Shown one piece after another: positions 29,333 through 39,645 of a DNA stretch of 64,000 nt. The stretch spans positions 1,259,620-1,323,619 of the forward strand of contig CAVOZR010000001.1 in the NCBI GenBank assembly GCA_963701335.1. Reading direction: 5' to 3'. The DNA comes from an uncultured Gammaproteobacteria bacterium. Its GTDB lineage: Bacteria > Pseudomonadota > Gammaproteobacteria > Steroidobacterales > Woeseiaceae. Position numbers and translations under genes: made by a program. Each line of letters begins with the position of its first letter. Position 1 is the stretch's first letter. The notes under the pieces were generated by a model. The model worked only from the letters and a program-made list of their open reading frames with translations. It was not told where the DNA came from and made no database searches.

Positions 29333-32300
29333 TTGGCAGCGAACAAAGCCGTGTTTAAGGAAGTGAATGGTCGTTACAACGGTCCGGAACTCGAGAGAGA
29401 GGTTCTCGACTTCTGGCGGGAGCACGACGTCTTCGCGAAGACGCTGCAGGCAACGAAAGACGGCCCGCAATTCAGCTTCAACGAAGGGCCGCCTACCGCG
29501 AACGGCAAGCCTGGCATTCATCACGTGCTGGCGCGTAGTTTCAAGGACGTCTTTCCGCGCTACAAGACGATGCGCGGCTACCACGTGCCGCGGAAGGCGG
29601 GCTGGGATACGCACGGCCTGCCGGTGGAGCACGAGGTCGAGAAAGAGCTGGGAATTTTCGACAAGCAGGAAATCGAGGAAAAAGTCGGTATTGCCGAATT
29701 TACAAGGCGCTGTCGTGAATCCGTCATGCGCTATATCGGCGACTGGGAGAAGATGACCGAGCGCATGGGTTTCTGGGTCAACCTGGATGAAGCCTACTAC
29801 ACGCTCAACAACAGCTATATCGAATCCGTCTGGAACCTGCTGGCAAAGATCTGGGACAAGGATCTCATCTACCGAGGTTACAAGGTCGTTCCCTACGATC
29901 CACGCATCGGCGCGACGTTGTCTTCCCATGAGCTGGCGCTCGGCTACAAGGAGGTCGACGATCCATCGATCACGGTACGCTTCAAGCTCGCCGATGAAGA
30001 CGATAGCTACTTCCTGGTCTGGACAACCACCCCCTGGACCTTGCCGTCGAACCTGGCGCTGGCCGTTGGCGAAGGCATCGACTACAGCTACTGCGAGTCG
30101 CATGGCCAGACGCTGATCGTTGCGGAGGCGTTACGTGAAGCGGTGTTCCGGGACGTCGAGCACGAAGTCGTCAAGACCGTGAAAGGCGCTGCACTCGTCG
30201 GCACGCGATACGAGCAGATGTTCGACTACCTCGAATGCGATGCGCCGAACGCATTCACCGTCCTCGCGGCGGATTTCGTCAGTACCGAGGATGGCACCGG
30301 TATCGTGCACACGGCACCCGCCTATGGCGTTGACGATCTTGCGCTTGGACAGGCGTACGACCTGCCCGTCGTTCACGGGGTCGGCCTCGACGGCCATTTC
30401 GTCGAAACGGTCAAGCCAGTCGCGGGTCTGTTCTTCAAGGATGCAGACAAGATACTCATCCGCCTGCTGAAGGAGCGCGGCATCATGTTCCGCTCCGAGC
30501 GATACACTCACAATTATCCGTTCGGCTGGCGCACCGGCGATCCGATTCTGTACTACGCGAAAAACGCCTGGTACATACGCACCTCGCAGTTTCGCGATCG
30601 CATGGCGGAACTCAACAAGACGATCAACTGGGTGCCTGAGCACATACGCGACGGGCGCTTCGGCAACTGGCTGGAAAACAACGTTGACTGGGCGCTGTCT
30701 CGAGAGCGCTTCTGGGGGACGCCGCTGCCGGTCTGGACCGATGGCAACGACAACTACCTGTGCGTCGGATCCGTTGCCGAACTGGAATCGCTGACCGGCC
30801 GGGAACTCGGCGAACTTGACCTGCATCGACCCGCCGTCGACGAGATCAGTTTCCAGAAAGACGGCAAGACCTGGCAGCGGGTTCCCGAAGTCATCGACTG
30901 CTGGTTCGACTCGGGCGCGATGTCCTACGCCCAGTGGCATTACCCGTTTGAAAACCAGGACAAGTTCGACAAGCATTTTCCCGCCGACTACATTTGCGAG
31001 GCCATCGACCAGACGCGCGGCTGGTTCTACACACTGCACGCGATCGCTACGCTGGTATCGGACAGCGTGGCGTTCAGGAACTGTATTTGCCTGAACCTCA
31101 TTGTCGACAAAGATGGCAAGAAGATGTCGAAATCGGTGGGCAATATCATCGATCCCTATGACGTCTTCGATACTGTCGGGGCTGACGCACTGCGCTGGTA
31201 TTTCCTGGCGCGGCTGTCACCCGATGCGCCCAAGCGAGTCTCCGTTGACATCGTTGCCGACGTGGCCAGCTCCTTCATCAACACGTTCTGGAACACCTAC
31301 AGCTTTTTCGTGCTTTATGCGCGACTCGACGAGGTCGATCTCAGTCGGGACATCCCGGTCGACGAACGGCCGGAAATCGACCGCTGGGCGCTCGCCCTGT
31401 TGCACAAGACGATTACGACGGTTACGGCGTCTCTCGATCATTACGATGCCAGGACGGCGGGCGAAGCGATCGAGGCGTTCGTCGATCAGCTGAGCAACTG
31501 GTATGTTCGGCGGAACCGGCGACGTTTCTGGAAGTCCTCCGATCCGGAAGATACCCAGGCGGCCTATCTGACCCTTTACGAATGCCTCAAGGGGGTCCAT
31601 GAGCTGATGGCGCCATTCGTGCCCTTTCTGGCCGAGAACGTTTATCAGAATCTGGTACGCAGCGTTGACAAAGACGCGCCGGTGTCCGTGCACATGGGCA
31701 ACTGGCCGCACGCCGACCCGTCCTGGAAGAACGATGCCCTGTTGTTCGATATCGATGTCGTGCAGAAGGTCGTCGGTCTCGCCCGTGCGGCGCGTGGCCA
31801 GTCCGGTGTCAGGACGCGACAGCCCTTGTCGAGACTGCTGGTTCGAGCGCCAGACGACGCCTCCGCGCGCGCGCTTGGCAGCCACCAGGAGCAGATACTC
31901 GAGGAGCTGAACGTGAAGTCGATCGAGTTTATCGCACGGGATGCCGGCCTGGTCAGCTATCGCATCAAGCCGAATCTGCCGCGTATCGGCAAGCGCTACG
32001 GCAAGCTGATCCCGGTTATCCGAAAGGCGCTCGAGCAGGCCGACGGCGCGACCATTGCCGCGGCGTCGGCGAACGGCGAGTCATTCGATCTGGCGGCAGG
32101 CGACGAGACGATTACGCTGGAAGCAGACGACGTGCTGGTCGAGACCAGCTCGGCCGAGGGCTACGCCTGCGGCGAAGATGCCGGCTTCCTGACGGCGCTC
32201 GATACCACGCTGACCGACGAACTCGTCAGCGAGGGTCTTGCCCGGGAGATTGTCCGCTCCGTCCAGGATGCCCGAAAACAGGCAGGACTCGAGGTATCCG

Positions 32301-32479
32301 ATCGCATTACGCTGGGCGTGTCCGGCTCCGTGGGGGTGGAAACGGCACTTGCGACCCACAGGGACTACGTCATGAATGAGACCCTCGGGACGAATTGGCA
32401 GGTCGGGCAGAAAAAGCCGCTTTATGTCGGCGACCGACGACTCGGCGAGGAGCACTGGCAAATCGAAATCTCGAAATAG
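29333..32479 (+). CDS. ileS: Isoleucyl-tRNA synthetase, type 2 (long, eukaryote/actinobacterial-like form)
   Basis: The HIGH-type motif is PGIHHVLAR and the KMSKS motif is KKMSKSVGN. The N-terminus VFKEV...LEREVLDFW...FNEGPPTANGKPG resembles my recollection of the Thermus/actinobacterial type-2 N-terminus. The length is 1,048 aa with no C-terminal Zn-finger tail. The listed start is TTG at 29333; an alternative GTG is at 29351. Confidence 0.93.
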   Translation: MAANKAVFKEVNGRYNGPELEREVLDFWREHDVFAKTLQATKDGPQFSFNEGPPTANGKPGIHHVLARSFKDVFPRYKTMRGYHVPRKAGWDTHGLPVEHEVEKELGIFDKQEIEEKVGIAEFTRRCRESVMRYIGDWEKMTERMGFWVNLDEAYYTLNNSYIESVWNLLAKIWDKDLIYRGYKVVPYDPRIGATLSSHELALGYKEVDDPSITVRFKLADEDDSYFLVWTTTPWTLPSNLALAVGEGIDYSYCESHGQTLIVAEALREAVFRDVEHEVVKTVKGAALVGTRYEQMFDYLECDAPNAFTVLAADFVSTEDGTGIVHTAPAYGVDDLALGQAYDLPVVHGVGLDGHFVETVKPVAGLFFKDADKILIRLLKERGIMFRSERYTHNYPFGWRTGDPILYYAKNAWYIRTSQFRDRMAELNKTINWVPEHIRDGRFGNWLENNVDWALSRERFWGTPLPVWTDGNDNYLCVGSVAELESLTGRELGELDLHRPAVDEISFQKDGKTWQRVPEVIDCWFDSGAMSYAQWHYPFENQDKFDKHFPADYICEAIDQTRGWFYTLHAIATLVSDSVAFRNCICLNLIVDKDGKKMSKSVGNIIDPYDVFDTVGADALRWYFLARLSPDAPKRVSVDIVADVASSFINTFWNTYSFFVLYARLDEVDLSRDIPVDERPEIDRWALALLHKTITTVTASLDHYDARTAGEAIEAFVDQLSNWYVRRNRRRFWKSSDPEDTQAAYLTLYECLKGVHELMAPFVPFLAENVYQNLVRSVDKDAPVSVHMGNWPHADPSWKNDALLFDIDVVQKVVGLARAARGQSGVRTRQPLSRLLVRAPDDASARALGSHQEQILEELNVKSIEFIARDAGLVSYRIKPNLPRIGKRYGKLIPVIRKALEQADGATIAAASANGESFDLAAGDETITLEADDVLVETSSAEGYACGEDAGFLTALDTTLTDELVSEGLAREIVRSVQDARKQAGLEVSDRITLGVSGSVGVETALATHRDYVMNETLGTNWQVGQKKPLYVGDRRLGEEHWQIEISK

Positions 32480-32691
32480 CGACAGTTGGCGAACTCTACT
32501 TGCGTGCGATTCGAAAACTCTGCTATAAGAAAGCTGCGCAACATTCTGAAAGATCAGGAGCCGAATGGACTTGCCAGGCCTTGCAGGGGCCGAATGGGCT
32601 ACAGGAGGTGGCCAGCTCCAAGAACAAGAAAAGCGTAAACAATCCGCCGGGAGGACACGGGCGGCGAATACTACGAAACGCTGGAGTCGCA

Positions 32692-33066
32692 ATGACGAAC
32701 CACGTCGAACGCTTCTACGCGGCACTTACCGTGCTCGCGGGTCACGGCCATATAAAACAACGACTTATCAAAGCTTACGAAGAGCACCTCGATGGAATCG
32801 ATGAGGATGAGCTACCGATCGCTATGAAGCAGGCGTTCGTCGATCTGCGTCAGTCCATGCATCAGGTCGCTCCATTGCGCGGCGAGAGTGCGATTTGCGC
32901 TTCGGTCCGCAAGATGTCGCCCGAGGATGCGACAGCGTGCGCGGCTCATGTGGTGGCGCTCTTTAGCGAGCTGTCGAGACTCGGCGACGACAGCGCCCCG
33001 GTGACAATACAACTGGGCGACGGCGAGACGCCCCGCGTTCCGCCATTCCTGATCAAGTCGGTTTGA
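32692..33066 (+). CDS. Hypothetical protein (124 aa), no recognised family
   Basis: The ATG follows CTGGAG. Codon usage is typical of the window, and the upstream part of the listed ORF was rejected. Confidence 0.4.
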   Translation: MTNHVERFYAALTVLAGHGHIKQRLIKAYEEHLDGIDEDELPIAMKQAFVDLRQSMHQVAPLRGESAICASVRKMSPEDATACAAHVVALFSELSRLGDDSAPVTIQLGDGETPRVPPFLIKSV

Positions 33067-34066
33067 CCGGATAATACACGTAGGTCAGCAGTTCATCCTC
33101 GGGGACCTCGGCCGGATCACTGACGTAGGACTCCCATGCGGCGCCAGCGCGCTCGATGCCGTGTGCGGCAAGGTAGGCTGAAATCTTGCGGTGGGTCTCG
33201 GCCAGGCCGCGATAGGAGCCTGCGTGCCGGACGCGAATGACCCGGCCTTCATAGGTTTTTCCCAGCACCACACCGTGTCCACTGCTGCCGACCGGACCTG
33301 ATACGCCGCGCACCGGAATCGCCGCGTCGAAAACCAGCTCCGCGCCGCTGAATTTTCGGGTTATCGACAGCGGGGCGCCGGCAACTTCCAGCCCTGTTTC
33401 GTCAATGAACTTCAATACCTGGAAATAGGCTTCGCCCATCGCCTCGGACATGGCGGCTGATTCGCGTCGTGAACTCGTCGACACATAGGCGATGTCCATG
33501 GCCTTGACCGCAATCTGTTCGATCGCAAGGTCACTGAAATCTGCGGCCGGCAGGCTTTCTGCCAGCGCTTTGAGGTTTTTCAGGCCTTTTTCGTAGTCAC
33601 GCGCGACAATGCTGCCGAGCATCCATGCGAAATAACGGCCAACGAAGTTCATGCCGTGGTCCGCCTCGAAGTCCCAGGTAACGATGGTCGTACCGTTGCC
33701 GGGGGCAAGCATGAAGTGCGCCTTTGCCTCGCCGGGCTCACCGGGATTAATGCGCATGCCGATGCGTTCGAACGGCTTGCTTTCAACGATGGTCTGCGTG
33801 CCGCTGCCGACGATGGCGCCTTCCCAGCTCATGGCGGCGCCAACGCCCCTCGGGTTGCCGGAATACCGTATTCGCACATTCGGGTCGGTTTCGAGCAGCG
33901 GCGCCCACAGCGAGTAACGACGAAAATCGTCGAGCTGGGCGAATACGGTAGCCGGGTGCGCATCGATCTCCGTCGAAACCGCAACGCGGTGGGTGCGCGG
34001 CAACGAATAGCCAATAATCACGAGCAGAGCGACAAAAGCGATTACGGCGTAGAGCAGTTTCTGCAC
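33053..34066 (-). CDS. Membrane-anchored SRPBCC (polyketide cyclase/START-like) domain fused to a GyrI-like small-molecule-binding domain
   Basis: An N-terminal TM segment is followed by the SRPBCC-like RVAVSTEIDAHPATVFAQLDDFRRYSLW. The C-terminus is GyrI-like (VIRVRHAGSYRGLAETHRKISAYL...YVYYPV). Confidence 0.6.
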   Translation of the reverse strand: MQKLLYAVIAFVALLVIIGYSLPRTHRVAVSTEIDAHPATVFAQLDDFRRYSLWAPLLETDPNVRIRYSGNPRGVGAAMSWEGAIVGSGTQTIVESKPFERIGMRINPGEPGEAKAHFMLAPGNGTTIVTWDFEADHGMNFVGRYFAWMLGSIVARDYEKGLKNLKALAESLPAADFSDLAIEQIAVKAMDIAYVSTSSRRESAAMSEAMGEAYFQVLKFIDETGLEVAGAPLSITRKFSGAELVFDAAIPVRGVSGPVGSSGHGVVLGKTYEGRVIRVRHAGSYRGLAETHRKISAYLAAHGIERAGAAWESYVSDPAEVPEDELLTYVYYPVKPT

Positions 34067-34140
34067 GTTTCCATTTCCGGAGGTAACGAAGAGTGGACGG
34101 AATTATTCCACAGTTGCTCATCCTTCGGCACAATGTGGCG

Positions 34141-34968
34141 ATGAGTGACTCCATCAATCCCGATCTGCCGATCGGAATCTTCGACTCGGGGGTAGGCGGC
34201 CTTACGGTCCTGAAGGCAATTCGATCCGAATTGCCGGGGGAAAATCTCGTTTACCTCGGCGACACCGCGCGCTTGCCCTACGGGACCAAGAGTCCACTGT
34301 CGATTGCCAGGTACGCCACGCAGGCGGCGGCGAAGTTGAAAGAGCGGGGTATCAAGCTTCTCGTCGTTGCCTGCAATACGGCATCGGCGGTAGCGCTCGA
34401 GGCCTTGCGCGAGCAGATGAGACCGCTGACCGTGATTGGCGTGGTCGAGCCCGGCGCGCAGGCTGCGGTGACGGCACGCCCCGGCGGAGCCCACCTCGTT
34501 CTCGCAACCGAGGCGACCGTGCGCCTCGGCGCCTACCGCAAGGCGGTCGAGGCTCTCGACCCGGATGCAAGGGTCCGTGAAAGCGCCTGCGAACTGCTGG
34601 TTGCGCTTGCTGAAGAGGGCTGGACGGACGGCAGCATCGCAAACGCGATCGTCGAGCGCTATCTGCATGCGGCCGCTGACAATGCCTTTCGCGCCGACAC
34701 GATTATCCTCGGGTGCACGCACTTCCCCCTGCTCAAGGACGTTATCCAGGCGGTGGCGACCGAAGAGGTATTGATCGTGGACTCGGCGAGCACCACCGCG
34801 GCGGTGGTCGCGCGCGCGCTGGTATCAGCCGGGCTTCGCGCAAAGAGACGAGAGGCAGGAACATCGAGATTCCTTGCCACCGATGGTGCGACCCGCTTCG
34901 CGCGTGTCGGTGGCCAGTTTCTCGGGCAGCCGCTGCATCACAGCGATGTCGAGATTGTAGACTTGTAG
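34141..34968 (+). CDS. murI: Glutamate racemase
   Basis: IGIFDSGVGGLTVL, VVACNTAS and ILGCTHFPLL catalytic-cysteine motifs are present. Confidence 0.92.
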   Translation: MSDSINPDLPIGIFDSGVGGLTVLKAIRSELPGENLVYLGDTARLPYGTKSPLSIARYATQAAAKLKERGIKLLVVACNTASAVALEALREQMRPLTVIGVVEPGAQAAVTARPGGAHLVLATEATVRLGAYRKAVEALDPDARVRESACELLVALAEEGWTDGSIANAIVERYLHAAADNAFRADTIILGCTHFPLLKDVIQAVATEEVLIVDSASTTAAVVARALVSAGLRAKRREAGTSRFLATDGATRFARVGGQFLGQPLHHSDVEIVDL

Positions 34969-35000
34969 CCGGTCGGCTCGATCGTCAGGCCTGTGCAATA

Positions 35001-36692
35001 ATGCAGGATCAGCCTTTGCAGGGGGAAACCGTGAATCCTCAATTTGTCACGCGCTTTTCGGGCGCACTCATTCTGTGCGCGTTGCTTCTGTCTTGCGGTG
35101 CCGAAGCACCACCGGAGACGATCGTCCAGCCGCAGCAGACGGTAGCGCCACGTCCTGAGATCTATGCGGACTTCACGCTGACCGCTGATCTTGGCGGTCT
35201 CAGTGCCGAGCAGATCCAGATGATTCGCATCCTCATCGATGCTGCGAAGATCATGGATGATCTGTTCTGGCGGCAAAGCTATGGCGAGGGATACCAGGAA
35301 TGGCTCAACGCCATTCAGGATGACGCCGCGCGCCGCTTCGCGCAGCTGAACTACGGCCCCTGGGACCGGCTCGACGACGACAAGCCCTTCATAGACGGAG
35401 CAGGCCCGAAACCGCTGGGCGCACGCTTTTACCCGGAGGACATGAGCAAAGAAGAGTTTGACGAGGCCTATCTGCCGGGCAAGAAAGGGCTCTACTCGCT
35501 TGTGCGCCGCGACGAGGCCGGCGGGCTGATTCTCGTGCCCTATCACGTCGCCTACGCGGAAGAGCTGAGCGAGGCTGCCGGCCTGCTTCGGGAAGCCGCA
35601 AAGCTGGCAAGAAGCCCCGACTTCGCGACCTACCTGAAGCTGCGTGCCGCCGCGCTGATCAGCGACGAGTTTCAGATCAGCGACCGCTACTGGATGGATG
35701 TCAAGGACAACGAAATCGACCTCGTCATCGGTCCTATCGAAACCTACGAGGATCGCCTGTTCGGGTATCGCGCTGCCTATGAGGCCTACGTGCTGATCAA
35801 GGATCTGGAATGGAGCGATCGACTGAGTCGCTTTGCCGATTTCCTGCCCGACCTTCAGGCCGGTCTGCCGGTTGCCGATGAGTACAAGTGGGAAACGCCG
35901 GGAACCGATTCGGATCTGAATGCCTACGACGTCGTTTATTACGCGGGACACAGCAACGCCGGCTCGAAGACCATCGCGATCAATCTTCCCAACGACGAGG
36001 AGGTTCAGCTGGACAAGGGCACGCGTCGACTGCAGCTAAAAAATGCCATGCAGGCCAAGTTCGAGAAGATTCTCGAGCCCATTGCGGACCATTTGATCGA
36101 CGATACGCAGCGCAAACACATCACGTTCGACGCGTTTTTCGCCAACACCATGTTCCACGAGGTCGCGCACGGTCTGGGCATAAAGAACACGATTGACGGC
36201 AAAGGGACCGTGCGTGAGGCGATGCTCGATCTCGCGTCCAGCATGGAGGAGGGCAAGGCAGACATTCTTGGCCTGTACATGATTACGGAACTGCACAAAG
36301 CCGGCGAGCTCGGTGATGTCGACCTGCGCGACTACTACACGACGTTCATGACGAGCGTTTTCCGTTCCATCCGCTTCGGCGCCAGCAGTGCGCACGGCAA
36401 GGCGAATATGGTTCGTTTCAATTATTTCCTCGACGAGCGCGCGTTTGTACGCGATCCCGAGAGCGGGCGATACCGGGTCGATTATGCAAGGATGGAAACG
36501 GCAATGACCGGCCTGTCACGCTTGTTGCTGACGCTGCAGGGCGACGGCGACTACGAGGGTGCCGCCGGGCTGACGCGCGAAAAGGGGAATATTTCGGCGC
36601 AGCTGCAGTCCGATCTGGACCGGCTTACCAATGCACGGATACCGGTGGATATTACGTTTCGGCAGGGCGTAGTCGCTCTGGGCATCCAATAA
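35001..36692 (+). CDS. Lipoprotein zinc metallopeptidase-like protein (HExxH; DPP-III/M49-related family suspected)
   Basis: There is a lipobox (LLLSCG), the motif NTMFHEVAHGLG, and a downstream EEGKAD (a possible third ligand). An alternative GTG start at 35031 follows GGGGGA. Confidence 0.55.
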   Translation: MQDQPLQGETVNPQFVTRFSGALILCALLLSCGAEAPPETIVQPQQTVAPRPEIYADFTLTADLGGLSAEQIQMIRILIDAAKIMDDLFWRQSYGEGYQEWLNAIQDDAARRFAQLNYGPWDRLDDDKPFIDGAGPKPLGARFYPEDMSKEEFDEAYLPGKKGLYSLVRRDEAGGLILVPYHVAYAEELSEAAGLLREAAKLARSPDFATYLKLRAAALISDEFQISDRYWMDVKDNEIDLVIGPIETYEDRLFGYRAAYEAYVLIKDLEWSDRLSRFADFLPDLQAGLPVADEYKWETPGTDSDLNAYDVVYYAGHSNAGSKTIAINLPNDEEVQLDKGTRRLQLKNAMQAKFEKILEPIADHLIDDTQRKHITFDAFFANTMFHEVAHGLGIKNTIDGKGTVREAMLDLASSMEEGKADILGLYMITELHKAGELGDVDLRDYYTTFMTSVFRSIRFGASSAHGKANMVRFNYFLDERAFVRDPESGRYRVDYARMETAMTGLSRLLLTLQGDGDYEGAAGLTREKGNISAQLQSDLDRLTNARIPVDITFRQGVVALGIQ

Positions 36693-36714
36693 AACAACCT
36701 GGTCGAGGATCACA

Positions 36715-38442
36715 ATGAAATCAAAAACACTGATTCTGGTCATCGCGATACTGACGCTGGCAGCCTGCGGCGAAAAACCGCAACAGACGGTATCGACAGA
36801 GCTTGCGAAGCAGCCCTGGGCAGCGTTCGCGGCGGCCACGATCGACGAGTATTACCGGCAAAATCCCGAAGCCGCCGTGTATGTCGGGCTGCATGAATAC
36901 GATGGCCAGATGACCGACGTCAGCCTTGCTGCCGCCGAGGACTATGCGAGCTGGATCGATACGACCATTGCAGAGGCCGAATCGTATCAGGATCTCACCG
37001 GTATGCAGGCCTTCGAGCGCGACTACCTGGTCAACGCGTTGCGTGGAGATCGCTTCTGGATTCGCGAATCCGGTTTCCTCACCAATAATCCCGTCGTCTA
37101 CGCATTCAATATCGGTCTCGATGTCTATGTCGATCGCGACTATGCGCCGCTCGATCAGCGCATTGTTGCCTACACGAAATACGCGTCTCAGATTCCAACG
37201 GCGCTGAAAAAAATGCGTCAAAACCTGAAGCCGCCGTTACCGGCGCCCTACGTCGATACCGCGCACGGAATATTCGCCGGCCTGTCCGACTACATGGAAA
37301 ATACCGTGCCTGGCCTGTTTTCGACTGTTGAGGATGAGCAGCTGCAGCGCCAGTTCGCGGCCGTGAACTCGGTGGCCGCGAAAGCGGCGCGAGACGCAGC
37401 AGACTGGCTCGACCAGCAGAGGGCGACAGCGACCGACGACTTCGCCCTGGGTGAGAAGACATTTCTGCAGATGCTCAGTGCCACCGAGGGCGTGGACATA
37501 ACACTCGCCGAACTCAAGGCTGCCGGCGAACTGAACCTGAAACAGAATCTGGAACTGTTGCACGAGGCCTGTGCCGAATTCGCGCCTGGTGAGAGCACCG
37601 AGGACTGCGTGCTGAAGGTGCAGAGCCGCAAACCGGCGGAAGGCGCTGTTGCCGGCGCCGCACGCCAGCTTCCCGACCTGCGCAAGTTCGTCGAGGACAA
37701 CAGCCTGGTGAGCATACCCGGCACCGAAGAGGCCCTGGTAGCCGAGGCGCCGCCGCACAGGCGCTGGAATTTCGCCTACATAGAGATTCCCGGGCCCTTC
37801 GAATCCGGCCTGCCGTCCGTCTACTACATCGCGCCGCCGGATCCGAACTGGTCTGAAGAAGACCAGTTCGCCTACATACCGGGTGAGAAAGACCTGCTTG
37901 CGACATCGGTGCACGAAGTCTGGCCCGGACACTTCCTGCAATTTCTGCATGCAAACCGGGCCGAAAACAACGTGGGTCAGCATTTTGGTACCTACACGTT
38001 CGTCGAAGGCTGGGCTCACTACACCGAGCAGATGATGGTCGATGCCGGCCTCGACGACGGCGATCCCGAGACCCGCATCGGTCAGTTGCTGAATGCCCTG
38101 CTTCGAAATGTCCGCTACCTGTCGGCCATCGGACTGCATACCGGCGGAATGACCGTTGAAGAAAGCCAGGCGATGTTCGAGGAGAAGGCCTTTAAGGACT
38201 TCGGCAATGCGAGCCAGCAGGCCTTTCGCGGCACCTATGATCCCGGCTACCTGAATTACACGCTGGGCAAGCTCATGATCAACAAGCTGCGCGACGACTG
38301 GACAGCCGGGCGCGGTGGCCGCGAGGCCTGGGGCCGGTTTCACGACGAGTTCCTGAGCTACGGATCGCCACCGATACCGCTGCTACGCCGGCAGATGCTG
38401 GGCGATGACTATGACCCGGATGCAGCGCTGTTGCCCAGATAG
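36715..38442 (+). CDS. DUF885-family lipoprotein (metallopeptidase-like, HExxPGH motif)
   Basis: There is a lipobox (LTLAACG) and the motif SVHEVWPGHFLQ, which is typical of DUF885. Confidence 0.65.
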   Translation: MKSKTLILVIAILTLAACGEKPQQTVSTELAKQPWAAFAAATIDEYYRQNPEAAVYVGLHEYDGQMTDVSLAAAEDYASWIDTTIAEAESYQDLTGMQAFERDYLVNALRGDRFWIRESGFLTNNPVVYAFNIGLDVYVDRDYAPLDQRIVAYTKYASQIPTALKKMRQNLKPPLPAPYVDTAHGIFAGLSDYMENTVPGLFSTVEDEQLQRQFAAVNSVAAKAARDAADWLDQQRATATDDFALGEKTFLQMLSATEGVDITLAELKAAGELNLKQNLELLHEACAEFAPGESTEDCVLKVQSRKPAEGAVAGAARQLPDLRKFVEDNSLVSIPGTEEALVAEAPPHRRWNFAYIEIPGPFESGLPSVYYIAPPDPNWSEEDQFAYIPGEKDLLATSVHEVWPGHFLQFLHANRAENNVGQHFGTYTFVEGWAHYTEQMMVDAGLDDGDPETRIGQLLNALLRNVRYLSAIGLHTGGMTVEESQAMFEEKAFKDFGNASQQAFRGTYDPGYLNYTLGKLMINKLRDDWTAGRGGREAWGRFHDEFLSYGSPPIPLLRRQMLGDDYDPDAALLPR

Positions 38443-38547
38443 TCGATTCCCCGGGAAGACCGGCACCCGGCGCAACATATTTTCGCCTGAAGGTCAGCGG
38501 CTGGCGTCCTCGTCGTCGTCAAAGACGGCGTCGACGGGAATCGACGA

Positions 38548-39630
38548 TCAGAGATTACGCTTATCGACGCGCGGCAGCGCTTTTCCAAACAAGGTCGTCA
38601 GATACAAGGAACGCCTGGTCTCAACAACGCCCGTGAGCGTTGGAAACTTCGCCTGCGGGTCGTGCAGGTTCATCAGCACCTCCCCGTCTCCGTTGAAAGC
38701 GATGACGTGCGACGATGGAAGCGCTTTCGGCCGGGCGGACGCCGGCAACCGTTGCACGACCTTGCGAATGAAGGGCTTGTCCGAAATCCGGTCCAGCAAG
38801 GTGTTACGCGGCGCCGCAAGGCCCAGCCAGAAGCGGCCTTGCAGGCCCCTCTTGAGGTTGTCCGGAAACCCCGGCAGGTTCTCGAGCAGGACTTCCGACA
38901 TTCCCTGCTTTTCGCCCGCCAGCCAGTATTTCAATACACGGTAATGACCGGTCTCGCTGACGAGCAGGAAACCGCCGTCCTCGCTGACGGCAACGCCGTT
39001 CGCGAAGTTGAGTTGGTCCAGGAGAACCTCGACATCGCCGGTCGCCGGGTCGAACGCGAAAACCCGTCCGTGCCCGCCATGCTCCATCAGGTCAAGAAGA
39101 CTTGCTTCGTAGGTGCCGTTCGACGACTCGGCGCCAAACTTGCTGCTCGACTCACTGAAGTAAATGATTCCGTCAGGACCCACAGCGAGGTTGTTGGTAT
39201 AGATCAGAGGCTTGCCATCGACTTCATCGAGCAAAGTCGTTACAGAACCGTTGCGGTCTATATGCTGTAAGCCCAGGAACGCGTTGGCGATGACGAGTGA
39301 ACCGTCGCGCAGCGCCTCTATCCCAAGTGGCCTGCCGCCAGGAAACGAAAACGAGTTAACGCGGCCATTTCGCAGCTGAATAACGTGGCCGCTTAGCGTC
39401 GTTGCGTAGATGGCGCCGTCAATTCCAACCGTGGCATCTTCCGGCCCTTCGAACGCCTGGAGATCGACGGGAGACGCGGCCTGCAGCAAATCATTCAGTT
39501 CGTAGGGATCGACCAGGCCGCGGTCGATCGGCGCATTCCAGCTGACGGGCTGGATCGGCACCGGCCAAAGCAGCAGGTAAAGCACGGCAAGGCCGAGCAG
39601 GAGTCCGGTCGTTGCAAGCCCGTATTTCAT
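38548..39630 (-). CDS. Strictosidine-synthase-like / SMP-30 family six-bladed beta-propeller protein, membrane anchored
   Basis: An N-terminal TM segment is followed by IYFSESSSKFG and FANGVAVSEDGGFLLVSETGHYRVLKYWL, typical of SSL/APMAP-like proteins. Confidence 0.65.
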   Translation of the reverse strand: MKYGLATTGLLLGLAVLYLLLWPVPIQPVSWNAPIDRGLVDPYELNDLLQAASPVDLQAFEGPEDATVGIDGAIYATTLSGHVIQLRNGRVNSFSFPGGRPLGIEALRDGSLVIANAFLGLQHIDRNGSVTTLLDEVDGKPLIYTNNLAVGPDGIIYFSESSSKFGAESSNGTYEASLLDLMEHGGHGRVFAFDPATGDVEVLLDQLNFANGVAVSEDGGFLLVSETGHYRVLKYWLAGEKQGMSEVLLENLPGFPDNLKRGLQGRFWLGLAAPRNTLLDRISDKPFIRKVVQRLPASARPKALPSSHVIAFNGDGEVLMNLHDPQAKFPTLTGVVETRRSLYLTTLFGKALPRVDKRNL

Positions 39631-39645
39631 CGCCCTCGCGGCAGT

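Noticed and set aside
28958-30103. 381-aa ORF antisense to the T-box leader and the 5' part of ileS
   Set aside because: It is a shadow ORF opposite a strongly supported CDS, with no family resemblance.
34713-35000. Upstream extension of the metallopeptidase ORF overlapping murI
   Set aside because: It overlaps the 3' third of murI in another frame. The signal peptide and lipobox begin only after 35001.
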